From Harriotta raleighana (taxonomy: Eukaryota), in assembly GCA_050575255.1 (NCBI GenBank), contig JBNZDD010013679.1:3906403-3970402 (forward strand): a DNA stretch of 64,000 nucleotides. Reading direction: 5' to 3'. Shown piece after piece: positions 1 to 13,039 of this stretch; position 1 is the first letter of the stretch; each line of letters opens with the position of its first letter. The translations under genes and the position numbers were made by a program. The notes beneath the pieces are model-generated. The model worked only from the letters and a program-made list of their open reading frames with translations, made no database searches and was not told the origin of the DNA.

Positions 1-157
1 CGAGTCTCTACCCCCTCCTTGCTCCCACCCTTCCCCCCCCTCGCCCTGAACATTTTCCCTTGCTCGGGTCCTGAACCAATCTGTCCAGCGCCTTGGGACG
101 TCCTCCTGACGTGAAACGCGCTCTATAAGTGTAATTTTGTTGTTGTTGTTGTTGTTG
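1..157 (+). mobile_element. L2-type LINE 3' tail ending in (GTT)n
   Basis: ccagcgccttgggacgtcctcctgacgtgaaa...tgtaattttgttgttgttg; the motif recurs near 6668, 10872, 29717, 36790 and, reversed, near 36980, 38900 and 40070. Confidence 0.75.
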
Positions 158-1055
158 AAGGCAAGGACCTAAATCTTGAACTCTATCCTCTGTGTGATAG
201 GAAGCCAGTGGAGTCAGGCGAGGGTTATAGGTTCATGGAGCCTAGTACAGAGAAGACATGGGCTGCAGAGTTCTGGATGATCTACAGCCTACAGAGGGAG
301 GTGTTGGAGGCCAACAAGCAAGGAGTTTGCATAGTCAGTGTTGGATGTTAATTATGAATGTATTGAGAGTTTTGACGGCCTGTGGTGTGAGACAGTGATG
401 GAGCTGGGCAATGATGTGGAGGTAAGAGAAGACAGGAATGTGGGACAGAAAGGATAGTTGAGGGTCAAACAAGATGCCAAGGTTCCAGACTGGCTTAGTG
501 AGATGGAGTGTGCATCCATGGATAGTGATGCTATCAGGGGCTGAAGTGTGGAGACATTGATGGGAACCATTCAGGAGGGCCTCGATCATGTTGACTTTGA
601 ATTGGAAACGTTAGTTCCATCCAGAACTTGACATCTGACAGACATTCTGTCAGGACAGCAGTGGTTCTGGAGTCAAGGGAAGGCAGAGATATACAATTGG
701 ATGTCACCCACATACATGTGGAAGTTGATCCCATGTCTGTGAATAATGTCACCAAGCGGGAGCACGTGATGTTGAAGAGGAGGGGACCAAGGACGGAGCC
801 CTGAGGAATGCAGCACAAGATGGTGAGGGGGCTAGAGAAGAAACCGTATGAGGAGATGAAGTGGAGATAGTGTGAGAGGGAGGACTTGAACTATTCAAGG
901 ATAGAACCATGAAGATTGAGGTGAGAGGAGGTGGGTGAGGATAGAGTGGTCAACGTTGTCAAAGACAGCAGAGAGGTGAAGGAGGACAAGGAGACACAGG
1001 GAGCACTAGTCGCAGATGGACTGAATGTCATTTGTCACTTTGACCTGAGCTGTTT
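158..1055 (-). mobile_element. Decayed L2-type LINE reverse transcriptase fragment
   Basis: Frameshifted [14 protein letters not shown] and NLGILFDPQLSF motifs in the ORF track. Confidence 0.8.
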
Positions 1056-1336
1056 CTGCAATGCAAGATACTAAAGTTTAGTGTCTCTTGTTCAATAAAA
1101 TGAAACGATTTAAATATTGTGTTGACTAAGACAAAATATTTGGTGAAACTAGAGGGAAGATAAAAGATAATGTAAGATTGATTTAAATACAAACATGTCA
1201 AACTCCCTGGTCACGAAGCTAATGTATTGCCAATTTGCACACAGTTTATTATGCATTTGCTGAACAATCGGGACACACTAAAAGTTAACAGAGGGCATTC
1301 TCATCTATTCCCCAAGTTCCTGCTCTCATTTCTTAC

Positions 1337-1462
1337 CTACAGCCTTGCAATCCCCATTAACTGGGTCCATGTGATATCCTTCATGACATTCACATTTATA
1401 ACTTCCTTTTAAGTTGATGCAAATTTGACTGCAGGATCCAGCCTGTTGGCACTCATCAATGT
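1337..1462 (-). CDS. Gene B exon 9, EGF-B
   Basis: [42 protein letters not shown]; 126 nt, AG/GT. Confidence 0.93.
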
Positions 1463-4400
1463 CTGCAAATAGTCAGCAATATAGAATTAGAATTATTTCA
1501 CCAGAATGTTTCATCTTATTATCGGGTCAGTGAACTTACCATCACAAGTTTTCCCATCAACCAACTCAAAGCCAACAGGGCAGTCACACTTGTGTCCAAT
1601 GATAAGATTCTGGCAGATATGGGAGCAGCCGCCATTGCTCAGCAAACATTCATTGACATCTAGAAAACAGGAAGATCCCACATTTCAGCACTTACTTTAG
1701 AAGCTGATAATTTGAGTGCGAGGTAGGGAGGAGGGGACAATGCATTGATGGATGTGAACCCATTAAAAGTTATCTGAACACACCATTAGGATGTGCCATC
1801 ATTTGGATGAGATGTCAACTTGACACCCAATCTATTCCTTAACATTAATATAGAATGGAAACATTATAATAAAAATATTTAAAGGTATTCTGAAACACTA
1901 ATCCTTGCATTTGATATAGTACCTTATCACATTGTTGAGACGTCTCAAGTGCTTCATAGAATATAAAGATTATACATTTTGTTAGTAAAAAGCAGCAGCC
2001 AATTACGCACAGTAGTGTCCCACAAACAGTGGTGGATTGAGTGACCAAATCAATCATTTTTTGGAAGAATTATTACCTCTGGAAAGTAATCCGCCAGTCA
2101 ATTTACAACCGGGTTCTTACTATCTGCTGGGTAACCAAATATGTGTGTAGTCAGGAAACACTCATTAAAAGTTTCATGGCTGCCAGTTGTGGCAGAAAAT
2201 ATAGTGATTACACCTAAACCAAAAATACCTACTGATAAATGGAAATACTCGTTTGATAGACACCTGATGCCTTGTCAAAGTTTATAACAGTTATTGTTAT
2301 TTGTTTTAATTATAATTTTAAGGGCAAGTTATTGTTCTGTCTTCTGACTGTATGATTCAATGCTATGACCTTCAAAAGCAAAATTCTACATATGAACCAG
2401 AACAATGCAATTAGATGGCAGCTGTGAAACTTGTAGAACTACAACACAAGGACATCCTTTTAGACTAATTTGAGTCAACCAAAAATATTCTTCTTTTGAA
2501 GTCGATCGTGAAGTTGATGTACACGAGGATAAAAAGACTCAAATCTTTAAAATATACCATCGATTAACTTGAAACTTTTTTTTAAAACTCTTAATTGCAA
2601 GAAGTTTCACACTGTGAGGCATCAATCACATTTAGTTGATGGATATTGGAACCCAGTAAGTGGTTTTAGATGGAATCTNAATCTTTAAAATATACCATCG
2701 ATTAACTTGAAACTTTTTTTTAAAACTCTAATTGCAAGAAATTTCACACTGTGAGGCATCAATCACTTTTAGTTGATGGATATTGGAACCCAGTAAGTGG
2801 TTTTAGATGGAATCCAATGAAAGCCATTTGACGAATGAAATCATAAAGTCAGAACAACAACACAATTATATTTATAAAGCGACTTTCATGTCGGGAGGAC
2901 GTCCCAAGGAGCTGAACAGTCAGGGGAAGTGAAAGAACAGCAACTCATCCTTCAAGCATTTGCAGAAAGCATTGCACATCTCAGGTGCAAATTGCAAATC
3001 ATGGGAACAGAGTACATTTTAACCAGGATTAGGTCTCAGGTTGATACACCAGACAAACAATGTTAGAAAAGGGCATTACCACAGCCTTTGAGGGGCTCAT
3101 CACTTCCATCTTTGCAGTCTTGATGGTGGTTACACAATTTAGTAAAGTGTATACACTCTCCACTTTGACATTTGAAGTCAGCTGGTCCTGTACATTCTAT
3201 GCCTGCTGAAGAGAAAATTGCATTTACAGTAAAACCTCGTTTATCCAGCCCGTTCGGGGGTGAGGGGTCGACTAATTGACTGAGCTGGATAAACAGGGGG
3301 CAAGTTGCCGAAAAACCAACATAAAAAAAAAACTTATTTTAAAACATACCTTCCTAATAATACACTAAATAGTAACAGAATATTGTATGGATACTTACCA
3401 ATAAAGCATTCCAGCACACTCAGTAAAAAGATCGCTAAAAAAGTATTTTTTTACTGATCGGTAAAAAACCCAAGTGCGTAAGTTTAATAAGTGCTCATGC
3501 ACATGCATTGCACGCATGCGCAAAGTGAGCAAACTTGTGATTCCTGGAATGGGGAATTGCCCCGGGAGGGGGTCGAGCAATCCGATTAATCAGGTCATGG
3601 ATAAACAAGGTTTTACTGTATATAAACATCTCTCACATCACAATATCCTACAGTAGCTGGACAGTTGAGGGTTGGATTTGGTGGGTCGGGGAGGAAACTA
3701 GAAAGGAAATCTCAAAGAGGAACATCTTGAAGCATAACTTGAAGGGAAGGGATTCTGGGATGGAGCTCCAGAGAATGGGGGCAGATGGGCTGAGAAGTGA
3801 ATAGACTGGTAGGGTTTAAGAAACTCACAGAAACAGTGGAACAATACTGGAGGGATTTAAGAGTTAGAATCAGGATCTTGAACTCAATCCGCTAGAGGCT
3901 GGGGAGCCAGGTGAGGATGGGGTTGATTAGGTTCTGCAAGCCTAGTACAGGAGAGGTGAGCTGTAAAGTTTTGGATGCTCTCCAGCCTATGGAGGTAAGA
4001 ATTGGGAAGTCCGGTGAGCGGAGAGCTGGTATTATCTGACCTGGATACATTTAAAAGCATGAATATAGGTATTGGTGACATAAGGAAAGACGTAGTGGTG
4101 GCTGCGGGAAAAAGCTAAATGGGTCATGGATGTGGGATTTAAAAGGACAATGCAGAGTCAAACTAGACACTGTGGTTCTGTATTAGCTGTTCATCTGCCA
4201 GATACCAATTGTACATTCCCATATGTACACTTTTTCAAGATTATCTGAATCTTGGAAACTCCTTGCCTCAATCTTGGCCATCTTCAATTCACACCTGGAG
4301 AATTTCCTCTTTGACTCTGCCTTTGGTCACATACCCATCAAACCATGTTGCTGTTCAGCAATTCAAGATGCAACCCATGTAAAGAACTTTTATATGAAGG

Positions 4401-7400
4401 CAAGTTGTTGAATTATGCCATTACCATTCTTGCAGTTCTCGTCACCGCCATCACTGCAGTCCTGATATCCATTGCACTTCTTGTTTTCAGGAATACAGTT
4501 ACCATCACTACATCTGAAGTGACTGGGTCTACATGTCTGAGCTGAAAGTTAAATGTTTCACAATTCATATTAATACTAACATAAACTATTCTAAGCAATG
4601 TGCTAGACAGATTAGTGTGCAATAATATTTCTCTAGGATCAGTTATTTGATTGCAATAGCTAATCTTAATGGAGTGGTTCACCTTCTCCCTGGAGGGTTT
4701 GTAATCATTTTAACTTATATCAGAATTTGCGTTCTTCCATTAATTGAAGTAGAAATCTTATAGAGTAGAAATATTATATTTGTATTACAAATATGCTGAT
4801 GGATAGTTTGTATATACTGTATATATATATACACACACACACACACACGTANAGTAGAAATCTTATAGAGTAGAAATATTATATTTGTATTACAAATATG
4901 CTGATGGATAGTTTGTATATACTGTATATATATACACACACACACACACGTATAGAGTGAGTGAGCGAGTGAGCGAGCGAGCGAGTGAGTGAGTGAGTGA
5001 GAATTCCCAATAGAAGGTGAATGCATCCAATATCAGATATACATTTAAACTTTCTTCTCTCAGCTTGGTCATGATAGAAGATCACCAGTCTAAATAAAGT
5101 CAGGTACTTCTGCACTTTCACAGACATTGACAAAGTTTCCTTAATGAGCAATTCATCTTAACTTAATTCTTGTCAGTGGGAACTGAAAGTACCGTAATCT
5201 CTACAATGGAAGAAGAGCTCATCAACTTACGACAGTCCTTCTCATCGCTTCCATCTTTGCAGTCCGCATCTCCATCACAGTACCATTGGCGATGGATGCA
5301 TTCTCCTGAACCACATTGGATCTCATTAATAGAGCAGTCCATGACTGGGGCCAAGGTATGTCCACAATGTGTTTCGTCAGACTTGTCCATGCAGTCACCA
5401 TTATTGTCACACACCCAGCTCAGTGGGATACATTCAGAACTCTTGCACTGAAACTCATGTGGACCACAGGAAGATGAATGACAGGTTTGTTCATCACTAC
5501 CATCATCGCAGTCATCCTCCCCATTGCAGACAAAGGTCTTGGAAACACACTGGCCACTGGAGCATGTGAACTCTAGGGGACTGCAAGTTATCTGACCTGA
5601 GAGATGATAGAATCTTGTTAAACACAAGGTACAAAATAGTCCCATTTTACAGTATATTCTGTGAAATGCTTTGAGACATTGACAAGCAGTTTATCAAATG
5701 CAAGGATTATTTTACAGTATATAGACCTAAAAGCCTCATCCTACTTCACCCCACCCCCCAGCTAAACAGAATGTCCCCTCCTCTCTACATGAATGTGAGG
5801 TAAAAATTTCAGATTAGCTGCAGAAATATTAAAGGATTCAGCCAGCATTATACAACTTCATGACCATTTGTAGGACACTGGTGTGCACAATTTGACTGCT
5901 GTGTTTGCCCACAAAAAAGTTATTGTACTAGACAGTGAAATTCTGTGAAGACAGGAAGCCTTGTTGCAAAAACTGAATATTTTCTAAAATGGTGAGAAAC
6001 TAAGAACTGTGGAAGAGCAAAGGGATTTCGATGTCCACTTACACAAATCACTTTAACCAAGCTCACAGGTGCAAAATGTTACCAAAATGCCAAATGAGAT
6101 GTTGGCCTTTATCTCAAAGGGGCTGGAATATAAAGGACAGGAACTGATGATTCAACCATATAGAGCTCTAGTCAGATCCCACCTGGAGTACTATGTTCAG
6201 TGTTGGGCACCACACCTCAGGAAGGATATATTAGCTCTGGAGAGGGTGCACGGCAAATTCACCATAATTATACCAGGACTTAGAGGGTTAAATTATGAGG
6301 ACAGGATGCATAAACGTGCTCTCTATTTCACTTCAGAAGGTTGAGGGATGATCTGACTGAGATTTGTTTTTATTTTTCAAAAAAGGGATTTGATAGAGTA
6401 GATAGAGAAAATATTTCCTCTGGTTGGAGAATCCAGAATAAGGAGACATAATCTTAAAATTAGAGCGAGGCATTTTTCCATCCAAAGGGTAATGGAAATT
6501 TGGAGCTCTCCCCAAAAATCCTGTAGATGCTGGGTTCATTCACATTTTCAAAACTGAGGTGGTTAGATAATAATTCGGTCAGGAAATTAAGAATGAGGGA
6601 AAACAGGCTCAAGGGGCTGAATGGCCCACTCCTGTTTCTATGTAAAGGTGATATCTATATGAAGGTCCCAGCGCCTTGGGACATCTTTCCGACATGAAAG
6701 GAGCTCTATAATGTAATTTTGCTGTTGTTGTTGTTGTACATCAAATGCAAAGATAATTGCATTGAACATATAGATTTTTCTCATGTACAATAACATTTAT
6801 ATTTGCATTGAATCCATAGTTGAATTACAAATGCTACATTATGTACTTTGATGTGAAGATTTTCACCAATAAATGAGTGCAGTGCATGTACAGTAGTTTC
6901 TTAAACAGAAAAATGTTAAGCTTGGAGCCTACAATAGTTTACGCTTTTTTTGTGTGCAACTTGATCGCTTTCAGAGTGCTTTACAATGGCAAAGCCCGAG
7001 GCCAAGTCAGGGGGAGGGGTAATGTGACAGTCAGTGCAGTCAAAGAGAAAGGTGTTCAGATTTGACCTGAATATGTGAGAGGAGGGAGTGAGGTGATGGA
7101 GGGTGTTCCAAAGTTTTGGGACGTAGTGGCTGAAAGCATGGCTGCTGATGGTGGATCAGAGAAATTGGGGGAGTCCAGTCCCAGTAGAGCGGAGGCAGGG
7201 GGTACACAATGGGAAGAGAGGTAAGGGGGTTGCCAAGGAGTAGAGGGAAACACAAGAGTGAGGATTTTGAAGACAATCTACTATGACAGGGGGCCAGTGG
7301 AGTTTGGCAAGGATTGGGCTAAATCGGGGAATTCATTTTGATACGGGTTTGAATGCAGGCGGTGGAGTTTTAGATTAGTTGAATTTTGTGAATGGTAGGA

Positions 7401-10400
7401 GGGGAGACCGGCGAGGAAATTGTTGGAGTTATCCAGCCAAGACGTAACAAAAGCATGGACCAGGGTATCGGCAGCTTTGGGGTGAGGTATTGATGGCGAC
7501 ATCTCAAAGTGCTTCACAGAATATGCTGTAAAGTGACTTCACTGTATATTTTGTGCGGTTTGCTGGGGCACTGACAATTTACCTTTTACTCCTTTCCTTG
7601 AAAATTGTCTACGACATTTGCAAATTAAAACATACCACAATTAATCTCATCACTGCCATCATCACAGTCCTTTCCTCCATCACATTTCCACGAAATAGGA
7701 ATACAATGAAGAGATCTTGGGCCACAGCTCATTTCATTGACTGAACAAGTTCTGCTGTCTGGAGAAGAAGAAAACAAAATCAATTGAGATGCCAGCCTGA
7801 CTGAGTGTGTGTGAAAGAGAGCGAGAGGGAAGGTGGGAGAGAAAGAAAGAACTGACAGTACCACTTTAAGACATTATTGTCCGCCGTTGTAGAAGTTTGC
7901 TTGTGTACTGTGTTTATAGACTGTAATCGATATTAATTGCTTTATTGGTAAGTATCCATGCAATATTCTGTTATTATTTAGTCTCTTATTAATATCGTAT
8001 ATTAAAAAAAAAAGTGGGTTTCCTTCCGTTTATCCGACAGGCCGTTTAACCAGCATCGGCCAGGTCCCAAGGTTGCTGGATAAACGGGCTTTACTGTACC
8101 ATGCTGCAAGTGAACTAGCACAAGAAGGTTGGCCAATATTGTAAAATAAGCAAAAATGCCATTAAAAGCAATGGAAAACATAGAGAAAGCACACAAGAAA
8201 TTTTATGCGCAAAGAAGGTTGGCCAATATTGTAAAATAAGCAAAAATGCCATTAAAAGCAATGGAAAACATAGAGAAAGCACACAAGAAATTTTATGCGC
8301 ACAAATTCTTTACCAATCTTTCTCTTTGACCATGACTTTGGTCACCTTCCCATCCCCTTTGCCCTCCACCCCTCTAGACTCCAATCCCAGATTTGGTGCA
8401 AACCTTCACTGTTCGGGGCCCTGGGAGAGTCTCCCACCTGAAAAGTTGTCCTATAAATGCAATTTGTGGTTATCTCACTTCTACNCAAATTCTTTACCAA
8501 TCTTTCTCTTTGACCATGACTTTGGTCACCTTCCCATCCCCTTTGCCCTCCACCCCTCTAGACTCCAATCCCAGATTTGGTGCAAACCTTCACTGTTCAG
8601 GGCCCTGGGAGAGTCTCCCAACTGAAAAGTTGTCCTATAAATGCAATTTGTGGTTATCTCACTTCTACCCACAAATACTTACGACACACTTGCTGACTTT
8701 CATCAGATCCATCTTCACAGTCCGATGAACCATCACACACCCACTTAAGAGAGAGGCATTTTCCATTGTGGCATGTAAAGTCAGATGGTCCACAAGTAGT
8801 TTTAGCTAATTAAACAGGAGAATATATTTTAAGATTCATGTTATCTTAATCTCACATTAGTGCGCACAATTGGCTGCCGCGTTTCACCCACATATACAGT
8901 CAATTCACTTTACAGTATATTCTGTGAAGCACTTTGAGATGATATGAAAAGCCCTATATCAAATGGAGGAATGATTATTACTACACAAGTGAAATGTACT
9001 ATANCAATTGGCTGCCGCGTTTCACCCACATATACAGTCAATTCACTTTACAGTATATTCTGTGAAGCACTTTGAGATGTCTGGGCGATATGAAAAGCCC
9101 TATATCAAATGGAGGAATTATTATTACTACACAAGTGAAATGTACTATAAAGAATACAATCATTGGAGACCATCTTCCTACACTGGACTTTTTGGGAGTC
9201 ATTTGGTGGGATTTTCATCCTTACAATTATCTACAAATTACACTAACAGCCATGCTCCACACTATTAAATCGCGAAAGCGGATTCAATAAATGCTATTTC
9301 TATATTTGTCCTTATTGGAACAGCTCTAATGGTTTAATAGTGTGGTGTTCCATCCACAAACTAGCAGTCAATTCACTTTATAGTATACAGTACTCTGTGA
9401 AGCGCTTAAAGACTTCTAGAAGATGTGAACAAGTGCTATGAAATGCAAGGATTGATATTTTTATTATCATTCTATGTAAATCAAACAAAATGCAACTTTA
9501 TCCAAGGTGAAGTCTCTATGTAAGATAGTAGACTAGTACACATTTTTTCTAAAAAAAAGAAAACTTGGGTGGACAGAAGCATCATTGTATATCAACTGCA
9601 AACATTTAAATTATTCAACATGCAAAAATATTTTCCCTCCCCACAAAAAATATCTTGCCAAGATTTGTTCTCGTTGGCATGGACACCCAGGTAAGATTGT
9701 ATAATTGGATGTAAAATTGAACTTCCCTCCACAGCCCTTGGCTCCAACCTTAAAGACATCCAATTTATTTTCCTCTCATAGGAAGATAGGAAACAGGAGG
9801 TCATTCAGCCCATCAGGTGTTCTAGATTTAGGGTTTGGTAAATCTCCCAACAAAACATGTCTTGCATCAACTCAATTAGTGTTATGCCCAGCCACCTGTT
9901 AAGTTGTCTCCACAATTGGGCATTTTTACCCAGAAACGTACAGACTTTACAACATACTGTATTATGTGAAGCACTTTGAGATGCCTCAACAATGTGATAA
10001 TGTATTATATCAATTGCAAGGATTATTTCTTAAATATGTATTATTATTATTTATTATCATTATTACTACATCTTGGAAATCTTGCTAAATCATGATATTC
10101 TGTGGAAGAAATGTAATCTTCAACCAGCTGGTAATCTACTCATTCCCGGGGTCTGAAAACAACGGATTCAAGTACCACATCAACATCAATCTAGACTAAC
10201 TCTGCATTGACCAGGAGAACTCCCAGTCAAATCTACTTCCTTACCCATTCTTAGTCACCTTTCTACTTCCATCATCGTGTCCAGCATCATTTTGAGCTAA
10301 GTGAAAGACACCTCTCTATATATAAAGTGTAGAACAAGAGTTTCAAACTCGTCTGACCTCAAGTGCCACTTAAATCGCTGTTCACTTGGTGGGCTGAACC

Positions 10401-12346
10401 ACATAAAAAATGTTTCATAACACTGTACCTAAGTAAACCAAAGTTTTAATACAACTTCACAATTCTACTCAATTCAGTTGTGTGTGTAGTTACATGTGTA
10501 CGTGAGCAAATGCATTCCATGCATCTGATTGGCTATTCTAACTAACTGCTTGAGCTGATATTCACTTAATGAGAATGTCACTCATGTAATGTAAATGTAG
10601 AAACATTAACAAAATTTTATTTGTATAGCGCCTTTCACGTCAGGAGGATGTCCCTAGGTGCTGATGGGTGGGCTGCAAAACATCCCACGGGCTGCCAGAG
10701 ACTGCATGTTCAACACCCTTTGGTATAGGATAATAGAGGAACAGAAGACACGTATTCTGAAATTATTATAACAGCAATAGTTTAACCATCCTCTTCGACA
10801 CCCCAAATCCCACCCTTTCCCTCCACCCTCCTCGATCCAGACCCCAGCTCAGGTCTGAAACAATGGCTGTCCAGCGCGTTGGGACATCCTCCTGACGTGA
10901 AAGGTGCTGTACAAATGTAATTTTGTTTTTGTTAACTACCTGAAGGAAAGGAAGGCATTCAATACTCAACTCTCAAATTTATTAAGCATTCAAATAGGCA
11001 ATATTCTTCTGTATAGAATTAAATACATCAACAGAGATACTACACTTGTTACAGTCTCCAATGTATACAAGCAGCTATTTCATTGGCAAAGGGATAAAAA
11101 AGTAGCCAAGAAGGGAACTTAAATGACATTTTTCACTAGAAAGAAGGGCAAAGCTAACAGGTATCAGAGAATAGAGATGTTGCAGTGAGAGAAATTGAGA
11201 ATCCAACAACTCACCACATGAACTTTCATCACTGCCATCCGTACAGTCATTATCTCCATCACATCTCCATTGTAAAGCTATGCAGTGTCCATTTCTGCAC
11301 TGAAACTGATTTATGTCGCAAGACCCTGCAAATTAAAAGGAAAGTCATTACCAGAATTAAGAGCACAAAGGCAACGAGCTTTAATTGAAGCTTCAACTTA
11401 CACCCTACCAAAAAGCAGGCTTTTATTAAAGTTAGATTGCAAATAGGGACAGATACAAGTCGATTCACGTCCCCATTTATTGTTTCATAAAGATATCCTT
11501 GGGAGTATGTCGTACAATACTACCATGTGTTTTCCACACAACTTTTCTTAAAGAAATATTTTGCCGGATATAAAGTATTCAATAGCTCTTCATCCGAAGT
11601 ATTATATAGCATCACCTCTAATTTCACAAGAGTAGAGCTCCTAGTTAGTGCTTTAGTGAAATCTATTTGGAGTCCGACTGATATTGTTAAATCCTAGAGG
11701 TGGAAGAACAGGAAGGGATGGGGGATGTTGTGAAGAGACAAGAGGTGGTGTCAGAAGGATACTGGAACTGCATTTAGAAAGCATACAATATGTGCAGTTA
11801 GATTTTTCTATTTTAATTATACAGAGCAACGTACAATACAAGCTGTCCACATACAATGAGAACAATCTCTTGAAGTGGACAGGCACAATGTAGGTTTGGC
11901 ATTAGGTTGTTCTAATTGAATGACCCAGATTATGCGATTCATGAAATATTTAACACATTAACTCTCGGTGCTGAAAGCTTTCATAAGATGGATAATTAAA
12001 GTGCTGCAAGTCATGTTAGCAGTTAGACCATGCACTTTACCAGATGTAGCAAAGTGTCTTACACAAAACAAACCTATTGCTTGGTTTATGTTGAGCTCAC
12101 TGAATCCAATGCATATTTGGTTGACAGCTCCAAACAGATACATCACTTTAAGGTTCAAATCATTGTACATTCTCATAGATCAATTTTTATTGCACAAAAA
12201 ATCTCACGTTAATTAGCCTGAGAGAAATCAAATGAATCAGTTTGCATACAAGCCCAGGATTAAGAAAGTCACTTACCATACACGGAGTTGCTGAAATATA
12301 AACATCCAGCCAACAAGAATAGCAAAGGGACTCGAAAAGGTACCAT
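1337..12346 (-). CDS. VLDLR: Gene B: second VLDLR-like paralog (3'-partial): signal peptide, LA1-8, EGF-A, EGF-B
   Basis: 9 exons (70,111,123,123,366,117,123,120,126 nt), all phase 1 and in one open frame. VLDLR exon 1-9 layout, but the sequence is diverged from canonical VLDLR. Confidence 0.88.
1540..1659 (-). CDS. Gene B exon 8, EGF-A
   Basis: [40 protein letters not shown]; 120 nt. Confidence 0.93.
3080..3202 (-). CDS. Gene B exon 7, LA8
   Basis: [40 protein letters not shown]; CAGCAG acceptor (exon may start at 3205). Confidence 0.92.
3227..3618. mobile_element. Tigger/pogo-like MITE
   Basis: TA|CAGTAAAACCTCGTTTATCC ... GGATAAACAAGGTTTTACTG|TA terminal inverted repeats; second copy at 43183-43548, partial copy ending near 8096. 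Confidence 0.85.
4425..4541 (-). CDS. Gene B exon 6, LA7
   Basis: [38 protein letters not shown]; 117 nt. Confidence 0.92.
4810..5002. repeat. (TA)n(CA)n and (GAGT/GAGC)n microsatellites
   Basis: Direct reading; partly duplicated around the N at 4852. Confidence 0.85.
5231..5596 (-). CDS. Gene B exon 5, LA4-LA6
   Basis: [23 protein letters not shown]...[18 protein letters not shown]; 366 nt. Confidence 0.95.
5960..6640 (+). mobile_element. CR1-type LINE 3' fragment
   Basis: [30 protein letters not shown]...GLNYEDR, typical CR1 ORF2 C-terminus. Confidence 0.85.
6990..7495 (-). mobile_element. L2-type LINE fragment
   Basis: [22 protein letters not shown] motif. Confidence 0.7.
7636..7758 (-). 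CDS. Gene B exon 4, LA3
   Basis: [40 protein letters not shown]; 123 nt. Confidence 0.94.
8683..8805 (-). CDS. Gene B exon 3, LA2
   Basis: [40 protein letters not shown]; 123 nt. Confidence 0.93.
10335..10722. mobile_element. hAT/Charlie-like non-autonomous element
   Basis: CAAGAGTTTCAAAC ... GTTCAACACCCTTTG degenerate TIRs; 8-bp flanks gtgtagaa / gtatagga. Confidence 0.55.
11215..11325 (-). CDS. Gene B exon 2, LA1
   Basis: [37 protein letters not shown]; 111 nt. Confidence 0.93.
12277..12346 (-). CDS. Gene B exon 1 coding part, signal peptide
   Basis: gaaATGG Kozak context; [24 protein letters not shown] hydrophobic leader; phase-1 GTAAGT donor. Confidence 0.88.
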
Positions 12347-12445
12347 TTCACAGCTCTAATAGCAAGCAGATTCCCTAAATCTGCTCACTTGTCTCGACCC
12401 CCTTTTCATTGAACTGAGTTATAGCCAGCTGCAGCAGCAACGCGA

Positions 12446-12452
12446 TTTTATA
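12446..12452 (-). promoter_or_regulatory. Candidate TATA box of gene B
   Basis: TATAAAA on the minus strand, 100 bp upstream of the ATG. Confidence 0.55.
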
Positions 12453-13039
12453 CCAGTGTAAGCAAGCCTAGCACAACTAGCTGCCGGTGTGAACATCTCA
12501 ACTCAATTACCTTGTTAAATAACTGCATGGTGAACACCTATCAGTCAGGTCACCCATATTACTGTTTGCAGACTGTCCACAGAAGGTTGATTACTGTGTT
12601 AATAATAACAACCCTTGGCATTTGATATAGCACTTTTCATGTCTTCTAAACATCTCAAAGCACTTCACACAAAATAGCGCTTTTTACTTCTGGATATCTC
12701 AAAGCACTTCACAGAATATACTGTAAATTGAATTGACTGTATATTTGCGAGTGAAACATGGCAGCCAATTGCGCACAGCAGTGTCCCACAAACAGTCGTG
12801 GATTGAAATAAATAATTTATTATTGGTTTTTTTCCCAGGGATTATCATCAGGCATGTGCAGTAAGGAAACTTGCCCATGGTATCGCCCTGCATGAAATCA
12901 AATCAGGTCTTTTGCTTGGAAGGCGAGCGCTCTAACCACTGATCCACAGGACTCTGTGCATCATTCTTAATCCATCAATTTTCACTGCAGGATGTGGTGG
13001 GATGTTTATTTTTTAGTATTGTTCATTGTTCAAGGTTAA

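Noticed and set aside
8123-8301. Exact ~90-bp tandem duplication without an N
   Set aside because: Intronic, adjacent to other artefactual duplications, no functional signal; could be artefact or a trivial recent duplication.
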